The position numbers and the translations under genes were made by a program. The notes beneath the pieces are model-generated. The model saw only the letters and a list, made by a program, of their open reading frames with translations. It ran no database searches and was not told the origin of the DNA. Positions 38,345-48,948 of a DNA stretch of 58,940 nucleotides are shown here, in pieces; position 1 is the first letter of the stretch; each line of letters opens with the position of its first letter. This DNA is from Acidimicrobiales bacterium. Its GTDB lineage: Bacteria; Actinomycetota; Acidimicrobiia; Acidimicrobiales; VFJN01. The stretch is from assembly GCA_045807565.1 (NCBI GenBank), contig JBJMHD010000060.1, forward strand, positions 1 to 58,940. Reading direction: 5' to 3'.

Positions 38345-39658
38345 TTACGTGAGGGGCCCGAGCACCCGCTGGAGGTACGGGTTCGTGAACCGGCCGTCGG
38401 GATCCAGCCGCCGACGCACCGCCTGGAACTCGTCCCAGCGCGGGTAGCGGTCGGCGAGGACCTCGTGGTCCTGGAAGTGCATCTTGCCCCAGTGGGGTCG
38501 ACCGCCGTAGGAGTCCATGATCTGCTCGACGCCCTGGAAGTAGGCGTCGTAGGGGGTCCCCTGGTACACGTGGACGGCGATGTAGCCGGTCGCCTGGCCG
38601 TGGGCGGTGGAGAGCGGGATGTCGTCGGGCGCGACGACGCGGACCTCGACCGGGAAGCTCAGCTGGATGCCCGACTCGTCGACGAGCGCACGTACTCGGT
38701 TCAGCGCCTCGGGCACGGCGTCCCGGGGGATCCCGTACTCCATCTCGTAGAAGCGCACCCGCCGCGGGCTGGTGAAGACGCGGTCGCTGCGATCCGTGTA
38801 CTCCATCCGTCCCGTCGACGGGAGGATCTTGGCCATCCGTGGGATCCAGCTGGGGCGCCGCCGGCCGATGCGGCAGAGGGCACCGAAGGCCACGTTCGGG
38901 AGGATCAGATCGTCCTTGAGCTCCTTGACCCGGCCCCGGGGCGCGGCGGGCTCGTCGGTCCGACGGTTGCGCTTCGTCAGCGCCCAGGCGGTGTGGGGGA
39001 CCCAGTAGAACTCGACGTGGTCGGCGCTCGACATGTAACCGTCGAAGTCCTGGAGGATCTCGTCCACCCGCATGGGCTCCTCGATGGCGTGGAGCCGGAA
39101 CGCCTTCACCGCCTCGATCGTGACCGTGCTGACGATCCCGAGCGCACCGACGCCCACTCGCGCCGCCGCCAGGACCTCAGGGTTCTCCTCTGCCGTGGCG
39201 ACGACCAGCGACCCGTCGCCCGCGATCAGCCGGAGACCGACGATCCGGCTCGAGATGTTGCCGAAGTGCCACCCGGTGCCGTGGGTCGCGGTGGCCGTGG
39301 CGCCCGCGATCGACTGGTAGGCGATGTCACCCATGTTCTCGAGCGCCAGGCCGCGGAGGTCGAGCTCGTCGCAGAGCCGGCTGAGGGTGATCCCCGCCTG
39401 CACGGTGATCGTGCGAGCGTCCGGGTCGTGCCCGAGGACCCGCTGGTAGCTCGTGAGGTCGACGAGCACGCCGTCCGTGCACGCGATCGGCGTGAAGCTG
39501 TGCCCGGCGCCCACGCACTTCACCCGGGTGCCGGCCGCCGCCGCCTCCTTGACGATGCCGACCAGCTCGTCCTCGGTCCGCGGACGGCGGATCTCGGTGG
39601 GAGCGCAGGACTGGTTGCCGGCCCAGTTGGTCCAGGACGTCCGGTCCTTCATGCTCAC
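38345..39658 (-). CDS. FAD-linked sugar-1,4-lactone oxidase (ALO/GULO family)
   Basis: WTNWAG, GAGHSF, ATATHGTG, FPVEVR, GRPHWGK. Confidence 0.92.
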   Translation of the reverse strand: MSMKDRTSWTNWAGNQSCAPTEIRRPRTEDELVGIVKEAAAAGTRVKCVGAGHSFTPIACTDGVLVDLTSYQRVLGHDPDARTITVQAGITLSRLCDELDLRGLALENMGDIAYQSIAGATATATHGTGWHFGNISSRIVGLRLIAGDGSLVVATAEENPEVLAAARVGVGALGIVSTVTIEAVKAFRLHAIEEPMRVDEILQDFDGYMSSADHVEFYWVPHTAWALTKRNRRTDEPAAPRGRVKELKDDLILPNVAFGALCRIGRRRPSWIPRMAKILPSTGRMEYTDRSDRVFTSPRRVRFYEMEYGIPRDAVPEALNRVRALVDESGIQLSFPVEVRVVAPDDIPLSTAHGQATGYIAVHVYQGTPYDAYFQGVEQIMDSYGGRPHWGKMHFQDHEVLADRYPRWDEFQAVRRRLDPDGRFTNPYLQRVLGPLT

Positions 39659-39747
39659 GTTGGGCAACCTAGCGGTGGGGCTGACACCACCGGAGCCCGG
39701 GTGCCTCCGCCCTGGCCGCGCGAGCGCGGATCCTGTGAGATGCGCGC

Positions 39748-42111
39748 ATGACCCCGATCTGGGCCTGGGCTCGCCGCGAAGTCATGCGGCGGCGACGCGC
39801 CACGCTCGCGCTGGTCCTGTTGGTCGGGCTGAGCGGCGCCGTCGCCCTGACCGCGGCGGCCGGGGCTCAGCGCACCGGGACGGCCTACGAACGGTTCCTC
39901 GACGCCGCCAGGACTGCCGATGCTCGGCTGCAGTACTCGTCGACGGGTCCCGCGCTCGATGCACGGGTGCTCGAAGCACTCCGGTCCGACCCCGGCGTCG
40001 AGGCCGCCACGCCGGTGTGGATCACCCTCGCGTCCGCGGTGGAGACAGACGTGCCGTACGACCTCTCGGTCTACAACGGCTCCGAGCCGGCGCTGTTCGA
40101 CACCGTGGACGGCGTCCGGATCGTCGAGGGATCGGCTCCCGACCCGCACGAGCCGAACCAGGTCACCATCAACCGCTTCCTGCAGAGGGTCACCGGCCTC
40201 GGGGTCGGGGACACGATCGCGCTCGGGACCTTCGTCCCTGAGCAGATCGGGCCCGAGGGCGAGCCCCAAAGCGATCCAGCGGGCCCTGTCGTCGACGTCG
40301 AGGTGGTCGGCATCCGGGAGAGCCCATACGACCTGGCCGACCCGGAGACCGCGGCGTTCTTCGGCACGATGGCGTTCCGCCAGGCATACGGAGATGACGC
40401 CTTCGCCTACGGGCCGACGGTCGAGGTGGTAACCCGACCCGGCGCCGACGTGACGGCGGTCGTGGAGCGGGTCGTCGAGGACCTGGACCTCGAGGACGTG
40501 GGCGTCGAGGCGATCTCCGATCAGACGGACCGGGTGTCGGACAGCACGAACGTGCTGGCGGTGGGACTGGCGGCGTTCGCGGTGGCCGCCGCGTTGGCTG
40601 CCACTGTTGCCGCGGCCCAGGCGCTGCACCGTCGGATGGGCGAGTGCGCGCCTGACCTCCCCGCCCTTCGCTCGCTGGGCCTGACCCGCGCGCAGTGCGG
40701 CGTCGCCCTCATGAGCGTCGTCGCCCCGATCGTCGCATGCGGCGTGGTCCTCGCCGTCCTGCTGGCCATCGCCGCGTCCCCCCTGATGCCGATCGGGATC
40801 GCGCGACGGGCCGAACCGGACGCGGGGATCCATGTCGACCCTGGTGTCCTCGCCGGTGGCGCCCTGATCATGTTCGGCGTGCTCGCCGTCACGACCGCGG
40901 TCAGCGGCAGCCGGCTGGCTCGGCGCGCCACGGACCCGTTGGTCGCCGTGTCGGCGTCCTCGACGCGAGGACGATGGCTGCGCTCGCCCCTTCGGCCACC
41001 TGCACAGCTGGGCGTGGCCATGGCCCTCGACCCCGGGCAGGGACCGAGAGCGGTCCCGGTGCGGTCGGCACTGATCGCCGCCGCCTTCGGCGCGGCCGGT
41101 GTGATCGCGGCGCTGACCTTCGGCGCCGGGCTGGACCGGCTCGTCGAGGAGCCCGCCGCGAGCGGGTGGAACTGGACCTTCGCACCAGAGGTCTCGGAGG
41201 ACGACGCGCAAGCTGTCCTCGACGCCCGCGACGTCACCGACGCGGGACGTCTCCAGTTCAGCCAGATCGTCGCGGGAGGCGACCGCATGACCGCGGTGTC
41301 CGTCGGTGCGATCAAGGGCACTCCGTCGCTCACCGTCGTCCGCGGTCGCATGCCCGTAGCGAGCCGCGAGGCGGCGCTCGGCCCCAAGACCAGTGAGCGG
41401 CTCGGTGCCGACATCGGCGACCAGCTCATCGTCGAGGGCCCGGACGGGGACGAGCACGAGCTCGTGGTGGTCGGGGAGGTCCTCCTGCCCACCTTCGACG
41501 AGAACCCCTTCAACGAGGGCATCGCCCTCGCCCCGGACTTCCACCAGACCGTGATCCCGGAGGACGAGGGCTTCGACCGAGGGATCGTGACGTTCGAGTC
41601 GGGGATCACCCAGGACGAGGCGGCCAGCCGGATGGAGCAGCTCGTTCCGGGCTCGATGTCGGTCTACGCCCACCCCAGCCCGCCTCCCGATGTGGCGAAC
41701 CTCGAGGCCGTCCGCTTCCTCCCCCGTCTGCTCGGTCTGTTCCTCGGGGTCCTCGCCCTCGCGGCCGTCGGGCATGCGCTGGCGACCAGCACGCGACGGC
41801 GCCGGCACGATCTGGGGATCGTCCGATCGTTCGGCTTCGTCGGGCGCGACCTGCGACGAGCGCTGGGAGCCCAATCGATGACCCTCATCGGTGGAGGTCT
41901 GCTCCTCGGCATCCCGATCGGCATCGCCATCGGGCGAACCGCGTGGAAGGTGGTCGCGGACGGGATCGGCGTCCGGCCGGAGGCAACCGCCGCCCTCGGG
42001 ATGCTGTTGGCAGTCATCGCCTGCGGGCTCGTGGCGAGCCTCCTGCTCGCGGTCGTCCCCGGGCGGGCGGCCGCCCGCCGCAGCACGGTCGCGGCCCTCC
42101 GCGTCGAGTAG
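39748..42111 (+). CDS. FtsX/MacB-type ABC permease (duplicated domain)
   Basis: Two periplasmic + TM halves; LRSLG and RRRHDLGIVRSFGF; ends ALRVE. Confidence 0.82.
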   Translation: MTPIWAWARREVMRRRRATLALVLLVGLSGAVALTAAAGAQRTGTAYERFLDAARTADARLQYSSTGPALDARVLEALRSDPGVEAATPVWITLASAVETDVPYDLSVYNGSEPALFDTVDGVRIVEGSAPDPHEPNQVTINRFLQRVTGLGVGDTIALGTFVPEQIGPEGEPQSDPAGPVVDVEVVGIRESPYDLADPETAAFFGTMAFRQAYGDDAFAYGPTVEVVTRPGADVTAVVERVVEDLDLEDVGVEAISDQTDRVSDSTNVLAVGLAAFAVAAALAATVAAAQALHRRMGECAPDLPALRSLGLTRAQCGVALMSVVAPIVACGVVLAVLLAIAASPLMPIGIARRAEPDAGIHVDPGVLAGGALIMFGVLAVTTAVSGSRLARRATDPLVAVSASSTRGRWLRSPLRPPAQLGVAMALDPGQGPRAVPVRSALIAAAFGAAGVIAALTFGAGLDRLVEEPAASGWNWTFAPEVSEDDAQAVLDARDVTDAGRLQFSQIVAGGDRMTAVSVGAIKGTPSLTVVRGRMPVASREAALGPKTSERLGADIGDQLIVEGPDGDEHELVVVGEVLLPTFDENPFNEGIALAPDFHQTVIPEDEGFDRGIVTFESGITQDEAASRMEQLVPGSMSVYAHPSPPPDVANLEAVRFLPRLLGLFLGVLALAAVGHALATSTRRRRHDLGIVRSFGFVGRDLRRALGAQSMTLIGGGLLLGIPIGIAIGRTAWKVVADGIGVRPEATAALGMLLAVIACGLVASLLLAVVPGRAAARRSTVAALRVE

Positions 42112-42140
42112 GGCGGGTCTCGGGCGGGCATACCTGCGCC

Positions 42141-42989
42141 ATGGTCAAGTTCCGCAACAGCGACGGGGTCAGCTCGAACCTCGAGGACCGACGGGCGATC
42201 GGGGGTCGAGGCGTCGCCATGGGCGGAGGGCTCGTCGGCGTGATCGCCGTGGTCCTGATCCAGCTCCTGGGCGGGGGCGGTGGGTCGGGGGTGAACGTCG
42301 AGGACGTGTTCAACCAGATCAACATGGGTGGGTCGAGCGGCACCGTGGACCCGGCGGACGAACCGCTCGTCGCGGAGATGTCAGATGCCCTGGACGACAT
42401 CCAGGGGTTCTGGGCGTCCGAGGACGGGCTCGGCGGCAAGTACCACGACGCCAAGCTCGTGCTCTTCAGCGGCGCGGTGGCGACCGGTGGCTGCGGCAAC
42501 GCGCCCTCCTCGGTCGGGCCCTTCTACTGCCCGCGCGACGAGAACGCCTACATCGACCTGAGCTTCTTCCGGCAGCTGAAGGATCAGTTCGGCGCGCCCG
42601 GCGACTTCGCCCAGGTGTACGTGCTCGCGCACGAGCTGGGCCACCACGTGCAGAACCTGCTCGGCACCAGCGACCAGGTGAACCAGGCCCAGGCCGGCGC
42701 GGGCCAGGCGAAGGCCAACGAGCTCTCGGTCCGCCTCGAGCTCCAGGCCGATTGCTACGCCGGCATCTGGGGTCACTCCGCCCAGGATCGCGGCCTCATC
42801 GAGCCCGGTGACATCGACGAGGGGCTCGGGGCCGCCGCGGCGGTCGGCGACGACGCCCTCGGCAACGGCAGCAAGGAGTCCTGGACGCACGGGTCCTCCG
42901 AGTCGCGTCAGCGCTGGTTCCGGGCCGGGTTCGACTCGGGCGAGCTCGGCGCCTGCGACACCTTCTCGGTGCCGGCAGGGGACCTGTAG
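42141..42989 (+). CDS. Neutral zinc metallopeptidase (YpfJ-like)
   Basis: EDRR, GPFYCP, YVLAHELGHHVQ, ELQADCYAG, THGSS. Confidence 0.9.
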   Translation: MVKFRNSDGVSSNLEDRRAIGGRGVAMGGGLVGVIAVVLIQLLGGGGGSGVNVEDVFNQINMGGSSGTVDPADEPLVAEMSDALDDIQGFWASEDGLGGKYHDAKLVLFSGAVATGGCGNAPSSVGPFYCPRDENAYIDLSFFRQLKDQFGAPGDFAQVYVLAHELGHHVQNLLGTSDQVNQAQAGAGQAKANELSVRLELQADCYAGIWGHSAQDRGLIEPGDIDEGLGAAAAVGDDALGNGSKESWTHGSSESRQRWFRAGFDSGELGACDTFSVPAGDL

Positions 42990-42995
42990 GCGCGA

Positions 42996-43023
42996 CGAGG
43001 GCCGCCCGGGAGGGCGGCCCTCG
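42996..43023. terminator. 12-bp stem-loop between convergent genes
   Basis: cgagggccgccc-ggga-gggcggccctcg. Confidence 0.7.
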
Positions 43024-43042
43024 GTCACACCGCTCGGCGTCG

Positions 43043-44002
43043 CTAGCGCGACTGCAGCGCTTCGATGAGCTTCGGCAGGACCTTGTGGACGTCGCCCACG
43101 ATGCCGAGGTCGGCCACGGAGAAGATCGGTGCCTCGGGGTCCTTGTTGATGGCGATGATGTTCTTCGAGCCCTTCATGCCGACCAGGTGCTGCGTGGCGC
43201 CGGAGATGCCGGCCGCGATGTACACCGTGGGCTTCACGACCTTGCCGGTCTGGCCCACCTGGTAGCTGTAGGGCACCCAGCCGGCGTCGACGATGGCACG
43301 GGAGGCGCCGGGCGCCGCCTTCAGGAGCTTGGCGAGCTGCTCGATCATCTCGTACTTGCCCGCCTCGCCCAGACCCCGGCCGCCGGAAACGACGATGTTC
43401 GCCTCGTCGAGCTTGGGCCCGGAGGCCTCCTCGACGTGCCGGTTCGTCACCTTGGCCGTCCCGGGATCGGTGACCTCGAGGCTGGCCACCTCGGCCGCAC
43501 CTCCACCGGACTCCTCGGCGGCGAACGACTTCGGCCGCACGAGCACGATGAACGGACCGCCACCGGTGAACTTGGTCTTCACGAGCTTGGTGCCGCCGAA
43601 GATGGGCTCGGTGACGACGACGGAGTCGCCGTCGGCCTCGATGTCCACGTTGTTGGTGAGGACGGGCTTGTCGACGGCCACCGACAGGCGAGCCGCGATG
43701 TCGCGCCCCTCGTAGGTGGTGCCGAGGAGGAGCAGGTCGGGCCCGCTGCCTCCCTCGATCGCCTTGGCGATGGCCGAGGCGACGGGGACGCCGGCCAGCG
43801 AGCCGCCGAGGTCACCGGTGCTGTGGACCTTGGTGGCGCCGTGGGCGCCGAGGGGCCCGGCGACGGCGTCGGCGTCGTCGCCGGCGTAGACCGCCTCGAC
43901 GGTGCCACCGAGGCTGCGCGCCTTGGTGAGCAGCTCGAGGGTGAGCGGACTCACCTTTCCGTCGGTCGCCTCGGCGTAGACCCAGATGGTGTTGAGAGCC
44001 AT
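43043..44002 (-). CDS. etfA: Electron transfer flavoprotein alpha subunit
   Basis: [37 protein letters not shown]. Confidence 0.96.
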   Translation of the reverse strand: MALNTIWVYAEATDGKVSPLTLELLTKARSLGGTVEAVYAGDDADAVAGPLGAHGATKVHSTGDLGGSLAGVPVASAIAKAIEGGSGPDLLLLGTTYEGRDIAARLSVAVDKPVLTNNVDIEADGDSVVVTEPIFGGTKLVKTKFTGGGPFIVLVRPKSFAAEESGGGAAEVASLEVTDPGTAKVTNRHVEEASGPKLDEANIVVSGGRGLGEAGKYEMIEQLAKLLKAAPGASRAIVDAGWVPYSYQVGQTGKVVKPTVYIAAGISGATQHLVGMKGSKNIIAINKDPEAPIFSVADLGIVGDVHKVLPKLIEALQSR

Positions 44003-44031
44003 GTCTGTTCGTTTCTCCTTGGGCCGTCTGC

Positions 44032-44808
44032 TCAGATGACCTTGAGGCCGTCGAGGAAGGCCACGATCCGGTTGAAGGCCTCGCCGTCGTCCTCGATGAT
44101 CTCGCCCGCCTCACGGGCCGGGGCCTCGTCGACGGCGATGATCTCCTGGCCGGCGCCACCACCACCGACCTGGCCGGCGTCGAGCCCGAGGTCGGCGACC
44201 TTCAGCTCCTCCACCGGCTTGGACTTGGCGGCCATGATCCCCTTGAAGGAGGGGTAGCGGGGCTCGACGACGCCCGCCGTGACCGACACCAGCGCCGGCA
44301 TCGGGCAGGTGACCTCGTCGTAGCCGGCTTCGGTCTGGCGTTGGACGTTCACGGTGTCGCCCTCGATGTGGATCTCCTTGGCGAAGGTGATCGAGGGGAG
44401 GCCCATGAGCGCGGCGACCTGCTCCGGGACGGTGCCCGTGTACCCATCGCTCGACTCGGTGGCGGCGAGCACGAGGTCGGGCTCGGCCCGCTTGATGGCC
44501 GCGGCCAGCACCTTGGCGGTGTCGAGGGCGCCGGCGCCCGAGAGGGCGTCGTCGGAGACGAGGATCGCCTTGGCCGCGCCCATGGCGAGGGCCGTGCGAA
44601 GGCCGCTCGTCTCGTTGTTCGGGGCCATGGACACGAGCGTGACCTCGCCGCCGCCGGCCTTGTCGACCAGCTGGAGGGCCATCTCGACGCCGTAGCTGTC
44701 GGACTCGTCGAGGATGAGCTTGCCGCTGCGGTCCAGCGTGTTGTCAGCCTCGAGCTTGCCCGGCTCGGCGGGGTCAGGGATCTGCTTCACACAGACGACG
44801 ACGTGCAT
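44032..44808 (-). CDS. etfB: Electron transfer flavoprotein beta subunit
   Basis: VCVKQIPD, ALAMGA, EPRYPSFKGIMAAKSK. Confidence 0.96.
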   Translation of the reverse strand: MHVVVCVKQIPDPAEPGKLEADNTLDRSGKLILDESDSYGVEMALQLVDKAGGGEVTLVSMAPNNETSGLRTALAMGAAKAILVSDDALSGAGALDTAKVLAAAIKRAEPDLVLAATESSDGYTGTVPEQVAALMGLPSITFAKEIHIEGDTVNVQRQTEAGYDEVTCPMPALVSVTAGVVEPRYPSFKGIMAAKSKPVEELKVADLGLDAGQVGGGGAGQEIIAVDEAPAREAGEIIEDDGEAFNRIVAFLDGLKVI

Positions 44809-44878
44809 GGGCGGCATGGTCGCATGCGCCCCCCGGGCGTCGCCAACCCGTCGACATGCTCCATAGTGTCTCCCCGAC

Positions 44879-45802
44879 ATGAAGGTGCTGCTGCTGGTGA
44901 ACTCGTCGGCGTCGTCGGTGACGGCGCGCAGCCGCGTCGTGATCCAGAAGGCGCTGTCGGCCGACCACGAGGTCACCCTCGCCGAGACCAGCCGGCGGGG
45001 CCACGCCACCCGCCTCGCCCAGCACGCGGCCGGCAGCGGCACCGAGGTCGTGGTGGTGCTCGGTGGCGACGGCACCCTGAACGAGGCAGCCAACGGCCTG
45101 GCTCGCAGCCGCTGCGCGCTCGCCGCGCTGCCCGGCGGGTCCACGAACGTGTTCGCCCGCACGATCGGCCTCCCCAACGACCCCATCGAGGCCACCGGAG
45201 ACCTGCTGGACGCGCTCGGCCAGGACAGCATCGAGCGGGTCGGGCTGGGGGTGGTGAACGGCCGCTACTTCCTCTTCCACGTGGGCATGGGGTTCGACGC
45301 CGCCGTGGTGGCGCAGGTCGAGCGCCGAGCCAGCCTCAAGCGCTACGCCGGCCACCCGCTGTTCGTGTACGCCGGCTTCGACACCTGGATCCGCCACTAC
45401 GACCGCAGCCGCCCGAGGTTCTCGGTGCGGTTCGCCGACGGCACCGTGGTCGACGACGGCTACCTCTCGATCTGCCTGAACACGAACCCGTACACGTACC
45501 TGGGGAACCGGCCGCTGAACCTCGCCCCGGAGACCACCTTGGAGCGGGGTCTGGCCATGGTGACGCTGCGCACCCTCGCCTTCGGGAAGACGATGCGGAT
45601 CATCGGATCAGCCCTCGGCAGCGGGAAGCACCTGCGCAGCTCGCGGTGGACGGACCATCGCACCGACCTCGCGCACGTCACCGTCACCGGCTACGGCCGC
45701 TTCCCGTACCAGGTGGACGGCGACCACCTCGGCGACACCGAGCGGCTCGAGCTCAGCCACGAGCCCGAGGTCCTCGACCTCGTGATGCCGGTGCAGCGCT
45801 GA
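44879..45802 (+). CDS. Diacylglycerol kinase family protein (Rv3218-like)
   Basis: GGDGTLNEAANG, PGGSTNVFAR, GMGFDA, QVDGD. Confidence 0.9.
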   Translation: MKVLLLVNSSASSVTARSRVVIQKALSADHEVTLAETSRRGHATRLAQHAAGSGTEVVVVLGGDGTLNEAANGLARSRCALAALPGGSTNVFARTIGLPNDPIEATGDLLDALGQDSIERVGLGVVNGRYFLFHVGMGFDAAVVAQVERRASLKRYAGHPLFVYAGFDTWIRHYDRSRPRFSVRFADGTVVDDGYLSICLNTNPYTYLGNRPLNLAPETTLERGLAMVTLRTLAFGKTMRIIGSALGSGKHLRSSRWTDHRTDLAHVTVTGYGRFPYQVDGDHLGDTERLELSHEPEVLDLVMPVQR

Positions 45803-45814
45803 CGCGGTCCGGCC

Positions 45815-46195
45815 TCAACCCGGGAGGCGCTGCTCCACCAGGCCGACGAGGTTCCCCTCGCTGTCCCGGAAGAACGCCATCCACTCCTCGTTCCCCGCCG
45901 GACCGAACTCGCCCGCCTCGTCCTTGTGGATCACGTGCGGTTCGCCCTCCGTGGCGACCGCGGCCGCCACGAGGCTCGCCCACGTGGCGCCGATGTCGGT
46001 GACCCGGAGGTAGAGGAGGCTGCCCGGCGCGCCACGCTCGAGGAGGAGGCGGACCCCGCCGAGATCGAAGAAGACCAGCCCGGGCGGGTCGTAGCGGGCC
46101 ACGAAGCGCGCTCCGAGCACATCCCTGTAGAACGCCTCAGCGCGGTCCAGGTCCTCGGCGTGGAGGCCCACCTGGTGCACGCCCTCGATCGGCAC
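45815..46195 (-). CDS. VOC/glyoxalase family protein
   Basis: FYRDVLG, FFRDSEGNLVGL. Confidence 0.88.
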   Translation of the reverse strand: MPIEGVHQVGLHAEDLDRAEAFYRDVLGARFVARYDPPGLVFFDLGGVRLLLERGAPGSLLYLRVTDIGATWASLVAAAVATEGEPHVIHKDEAGEFGPAGNEEWMAFFRDSEGNLVGLVEQRLPG

Positions 46196-46204
46196 GGCTC
46201 GAAC

Positions 46205-46903
46205 CTACGAGGATCCGCGACCGAGTGCCTCGAGCGCCACCGCCGGCGTGTTGGTGATCACGGCGTCGACGCCCAGGTCGGCGAGCCACCGGATGCGCTC
46301 GGGCTCGTCGCACGTCCAGGTGTTCACCGCGATGCCAGCGGCGTGGGCGATCCGCACGAGGTCCTCGTTCACGAAGGCGTGGTGCGGATGGACGGCCCCG
46401 TGGCCGCGCTCGGCGGCGCGGTCGACCAGGTCGTGCTGGCTCTCCACCAGCCCGAGCAGCCACCCGGTGGCCAGGTTCGGGGCCAGCTGGTGGACGCGGT
46501 CGATGGTCGGCAGGTGGAAGCTCGACACCAGGATCCGCCCGTCGTCGAGCTCGCCGCGACCCTCGAGCAGCTCGACCACCGCGCCTGCGAGCTGCTCGGT
46601 GGGGTCGAAGTCGCGATCTTCGGGCCAGTTCTTGATCTCCACGTTCACCACCCCGAGCGGCGCGCAGGCGTCGAGGGTCGTGGCGAGGTCGGGCACCGCG
46701 GGCGGCAGGCGGTCGAAGCTCGTCGCCACGATCGCTCGGCCGTCGGCCAGCGTGTCGTCGTGGTGCACGGCCAAGCGGCCGTCGGACGTGCGGCGCACGT
46801 CCAGCTCCACGCCGTCGGCACCCTGATCGATGGCCCCGAGGAAGGCGTCGAGGGTGTTCTCGGCGAAGTCCCTAGAAGCTCCGCGGTGCGCGATCACGAG
46901 CAT
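46205..46903 (-). CDS. Glycerophosphodiester phosphodiesterase
   Basis: IAHRG, ENT, ELDV, HD, NVEIK, WT, GVDAVITN. Confidence 0.9.
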   Translation of the reverse strand: MLVIAHRGASRDFAENTLDAFLGAIDQGADGVELDVRRTSDGRLAVHHDDTLADGRAIVATSFDRLPPAVPDLATTLDACAPLGVVNVEIKNWPEDRDFDPTEQLAGAVVELLEGRGELDDGRILVSSFHLPTIDRVHQLAPNLATGWLLGLVESQHDLVDRAAERGHGAVHPHHAFVNEDLVRIAHAAGIAVNTWTCDEPERIRWLADLGVDAVITNTPAVALEALGRGSS

Positions 46904-46936
46904 GGCAAATGTCACCTTCGATAAAGCAAAAAGTGC

Positions 46937-47036
46937 TTGCAGGCGTTAGCGCACCAGGGCTACCGTGTCCAACGCAGCCGCACACCTTCCCGCAGATCTT
47001 GTGGTGGCGGCATGTGAAACTCGTCACGAACGTGAC
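46937..47036 (+). promoter_or_regulatory. whiB1 promoter region with CRP-like box
   Basis: TTGCAG-N18-TACCGT (46937-46966); TGTGA-AACTCG-TCACG (47013-47028); overlapping palindrome GTCACG-AA-CGTGAC. Confidence 0.55.
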
Positions 47037-47058
47037 CCAACCGCCGCGGAGGAACCTC

Positions 47059-47355
47059 GTGGCCCTCGCTCCCACCCGCACCCTGCAGCTCACCATCGAG
47101 CGCGACGACTGGCGCGACGTCGCCCTCTGCCGCGACACCGACCCCGACCTGTTCTTCCCCGTCGGCACCACCGGCCCGGCCATCGAGCAGATCGAGAACG
47201 CCAAGGCCGTCTGCCGCCAGTGCGACGCCCAGGCCCCGTGCCTCGAGTACGCCCTCACCACGAACCAGGACTCTGGCGTGTGGGGCGGCACCTCCGAGGA
47301 GGAGCGTCGCCAGCTGCGGAAGCAGTACGTCGCTCGCCAGCGCCGCACCGCCTAG
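47059..47355 (+). CDS. whiB1: WhiB-family Fe-S transcriptional regulator, WhiB1-like
   Basis: WR..ALCRDTDPDLFFPVGTTGPA, AKAVCRQC, CLEYAL, QDSGVWGG; GGAGGA RBS; synteny with DAGK and pdtaS. Confidence 0.88.
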   Translation: MALAPTRTLQLTIERDDWRDVALCRDTDPDLFFPVGTTGPAIEQIENAKAVCRQCDAQAPCLEYALTTNQDSGVWGGTSEEERRQLRKQYVARQRRTA

Positions 47356-47379
47356 TCGACTCCCGCACCTCCTGTCCCC

Positions 47380-47415
47380 CGGCCCCCTGCCCCGCAGGGG
47401 GCCGTTGCGGTTTTT
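47380..47415 (+). terminator. Intrinsic terminator after whiB1
   Basis: cggccccctgc-ccc-gcagggggccg followed by ttgcggttttt. Confidence 0.75.
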
Positions 47416-47431
47416 GCGGTGGCTCGCCGCG

Positions 47432-48919
47432 TCAGGCCTGCGGGGCGACGGGCACGTCGATGCGCACCACCGTGCCGGGTCGTCCGCCGGCCCCCGTGCT
47501 GCGCTCCAACGAGATGGTGCCGGCCAGCTCGGACGTCACCAGGGTGCGAACGATCGACAGGCCCAGCCCGGACGTGCTGTCGAGCGAGAACCCCTCGGGG
47601 AGGCCGACGCCGTCGTCCACCACCGTCGCGCGCAGCCGCTGCCCGTCGTTCTCGAGCTGCACGACGACCCGGCCGGGTTCGGCCTGGAGGTCGATCGCGG
47701 GCGGGAACGCGTGGTCGATGGCGTTCTGGAGGAGCTCGTTGAGGACGACCGACAGCGGCGTCGCCACCATGGCCGGCAGGAAGCCGGCGTCACCCTCCAC
47801 CGTGAAGCTCACGGGTCGGTCCTCGGACGACATGCCCTCCTCCACCATGCGGGCGAGGGGCCGGACGATCTCCACGAACGCGACGTCGTCACCTGCCTCG
47901 CGGGAGAGCGTCTCGTGGACGAGCGCGATGGCGCGGATGCGTCGCACCGACTCCTCGATCGCCACCTTCGCCTCGGGCGACGCGAACCGCCGGCCCTGCA
48001 GGCGCAGGAGCGACGAGATCGTCTGGAGGTTGTTCTTCACGCGGTGGTGGATCTCGCGGATCGTCGCGTCCTTCGACAGCAGGAGCCGGTCCCGACGGCG
48101 GAGCTCGGACACGTCTCGCGTGAGCACCACGGCTCCGGACACCACGCCGTGGTCGATGAGCGGGATGCAGCGGATCAGGACGGAGACGTCGGCCTGCCCC
48201 TCGAGCTCCTCGGTCACGGGCGCCCGCATCGAGAAGGCGGTGTCCACCAAGGAGTCGTCCAGGCCGAGCTCGCCGAAGCGCAGGCCCTCGGTGTTGGCGT
48301 GGACGCCGACCCGGTGGAGCGCCGACACACCGTTCGGCGAGGTGTACTCCACCCGCCCGGAGGAATCGAGGAGGATCACCCCGTCCCCCACGCGAGGCGC
48401 CTCCTCGGTCTCGGCGTCCTGCGCGTCGAAGGGGAAGTCGCCGGCGGCGATCATGCGGGCGAAGCGGTTGAAGATGTCGACGTACGTGCGCTCCAGCTCG
48501 CCGGGCTGCCGCCCGAAGGACGGAGCCGACTCCCGCGTGAGCACGCCGATCACCTCGCCGCGGCAACGGATCGGGATGGCGAGCACCCGCACACGCTCCT
48601 TCAGCGCGGCGACGGTGGCCTCCCCCTCGATGATCTCGCCGAGCCGGAACGCTCGCGCGACGAGGGGCCGCTCCTCCTCGTCGACGACCGTGCCGATCCA
48701 ATCGGCGCGGTACACCGTCTGCGAGGTCGACGGGCGGACCTGCGAGAGCACGAGGAAGCGCTCGCCGTCGGGGGCGTCGACCGTGGGCGCGAAGAGCAGG
48801 AGGTCGGCGAAGCAGAAGTCGGCCAGGAGCCCCCAGCCGGCGACGAGGCGCTGCAGGTGGTTGATCGCGCGACCGTCGAGGCCCGTGTGGAAGCGCGCGA
48901 GCTCGGTGAGCGTGGCCAT
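47432..48919 (-). CDS. pdtaS: Cytoplasmic sensor histidine kinase PdtaS (H_kinase_N-PAS-HisKA_2)
   Basis: LLADFCFADL, QVRPST, PRVGDG, KDATIREIHHRVKNNLQT, DDGVG, GLGL. Confidence 0.9.
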   Translation of the reverse strand: MATLTELARFHTGLDGRAINHLQRLVAGWGLLADFCFADLLLFAPTVDAPDGERFLVLSQVRPSTSQTVYRADWIGTVVDEEERPLVARAFRLGEIIEGEATVAALKERVRVLAIPIRCRGEVIGVLTRESAPSFGRQPGELERTYVDIFNRFARMIAAGDFPFDAQDAETEEAPRVGDGVILLDSSGRVEYTSPNGVSALHRVGVHANTEGLRFGELGLDDSLVDTAFSMRAPVTEELEGQADVSVLIRCIPLIDHGVVSGAVVLTRDVSELRRRDRLLLSKDATIREIHHRVKNNLQTISSLLRLQGRRFASPEAKVAIEESVRRIRAIALVHETLSREAGDDVAFVEIVRPLARMVEEGMSSEDRPVSFTVEGDAGFLPAMVATPLSVVLNELLQNAIDHAFPPAIDLQAEPGRVVVQLENDGQRLRATVVDDGVGLPEGFSLDSTSGLGLSIVRTLVTSELAGTISLERSTGAGGRPGTVVRIDVPVAPQA

Positions 48920-48948
48920 GGCCCGCTCAGGCTATGGGGACCCGGAGC

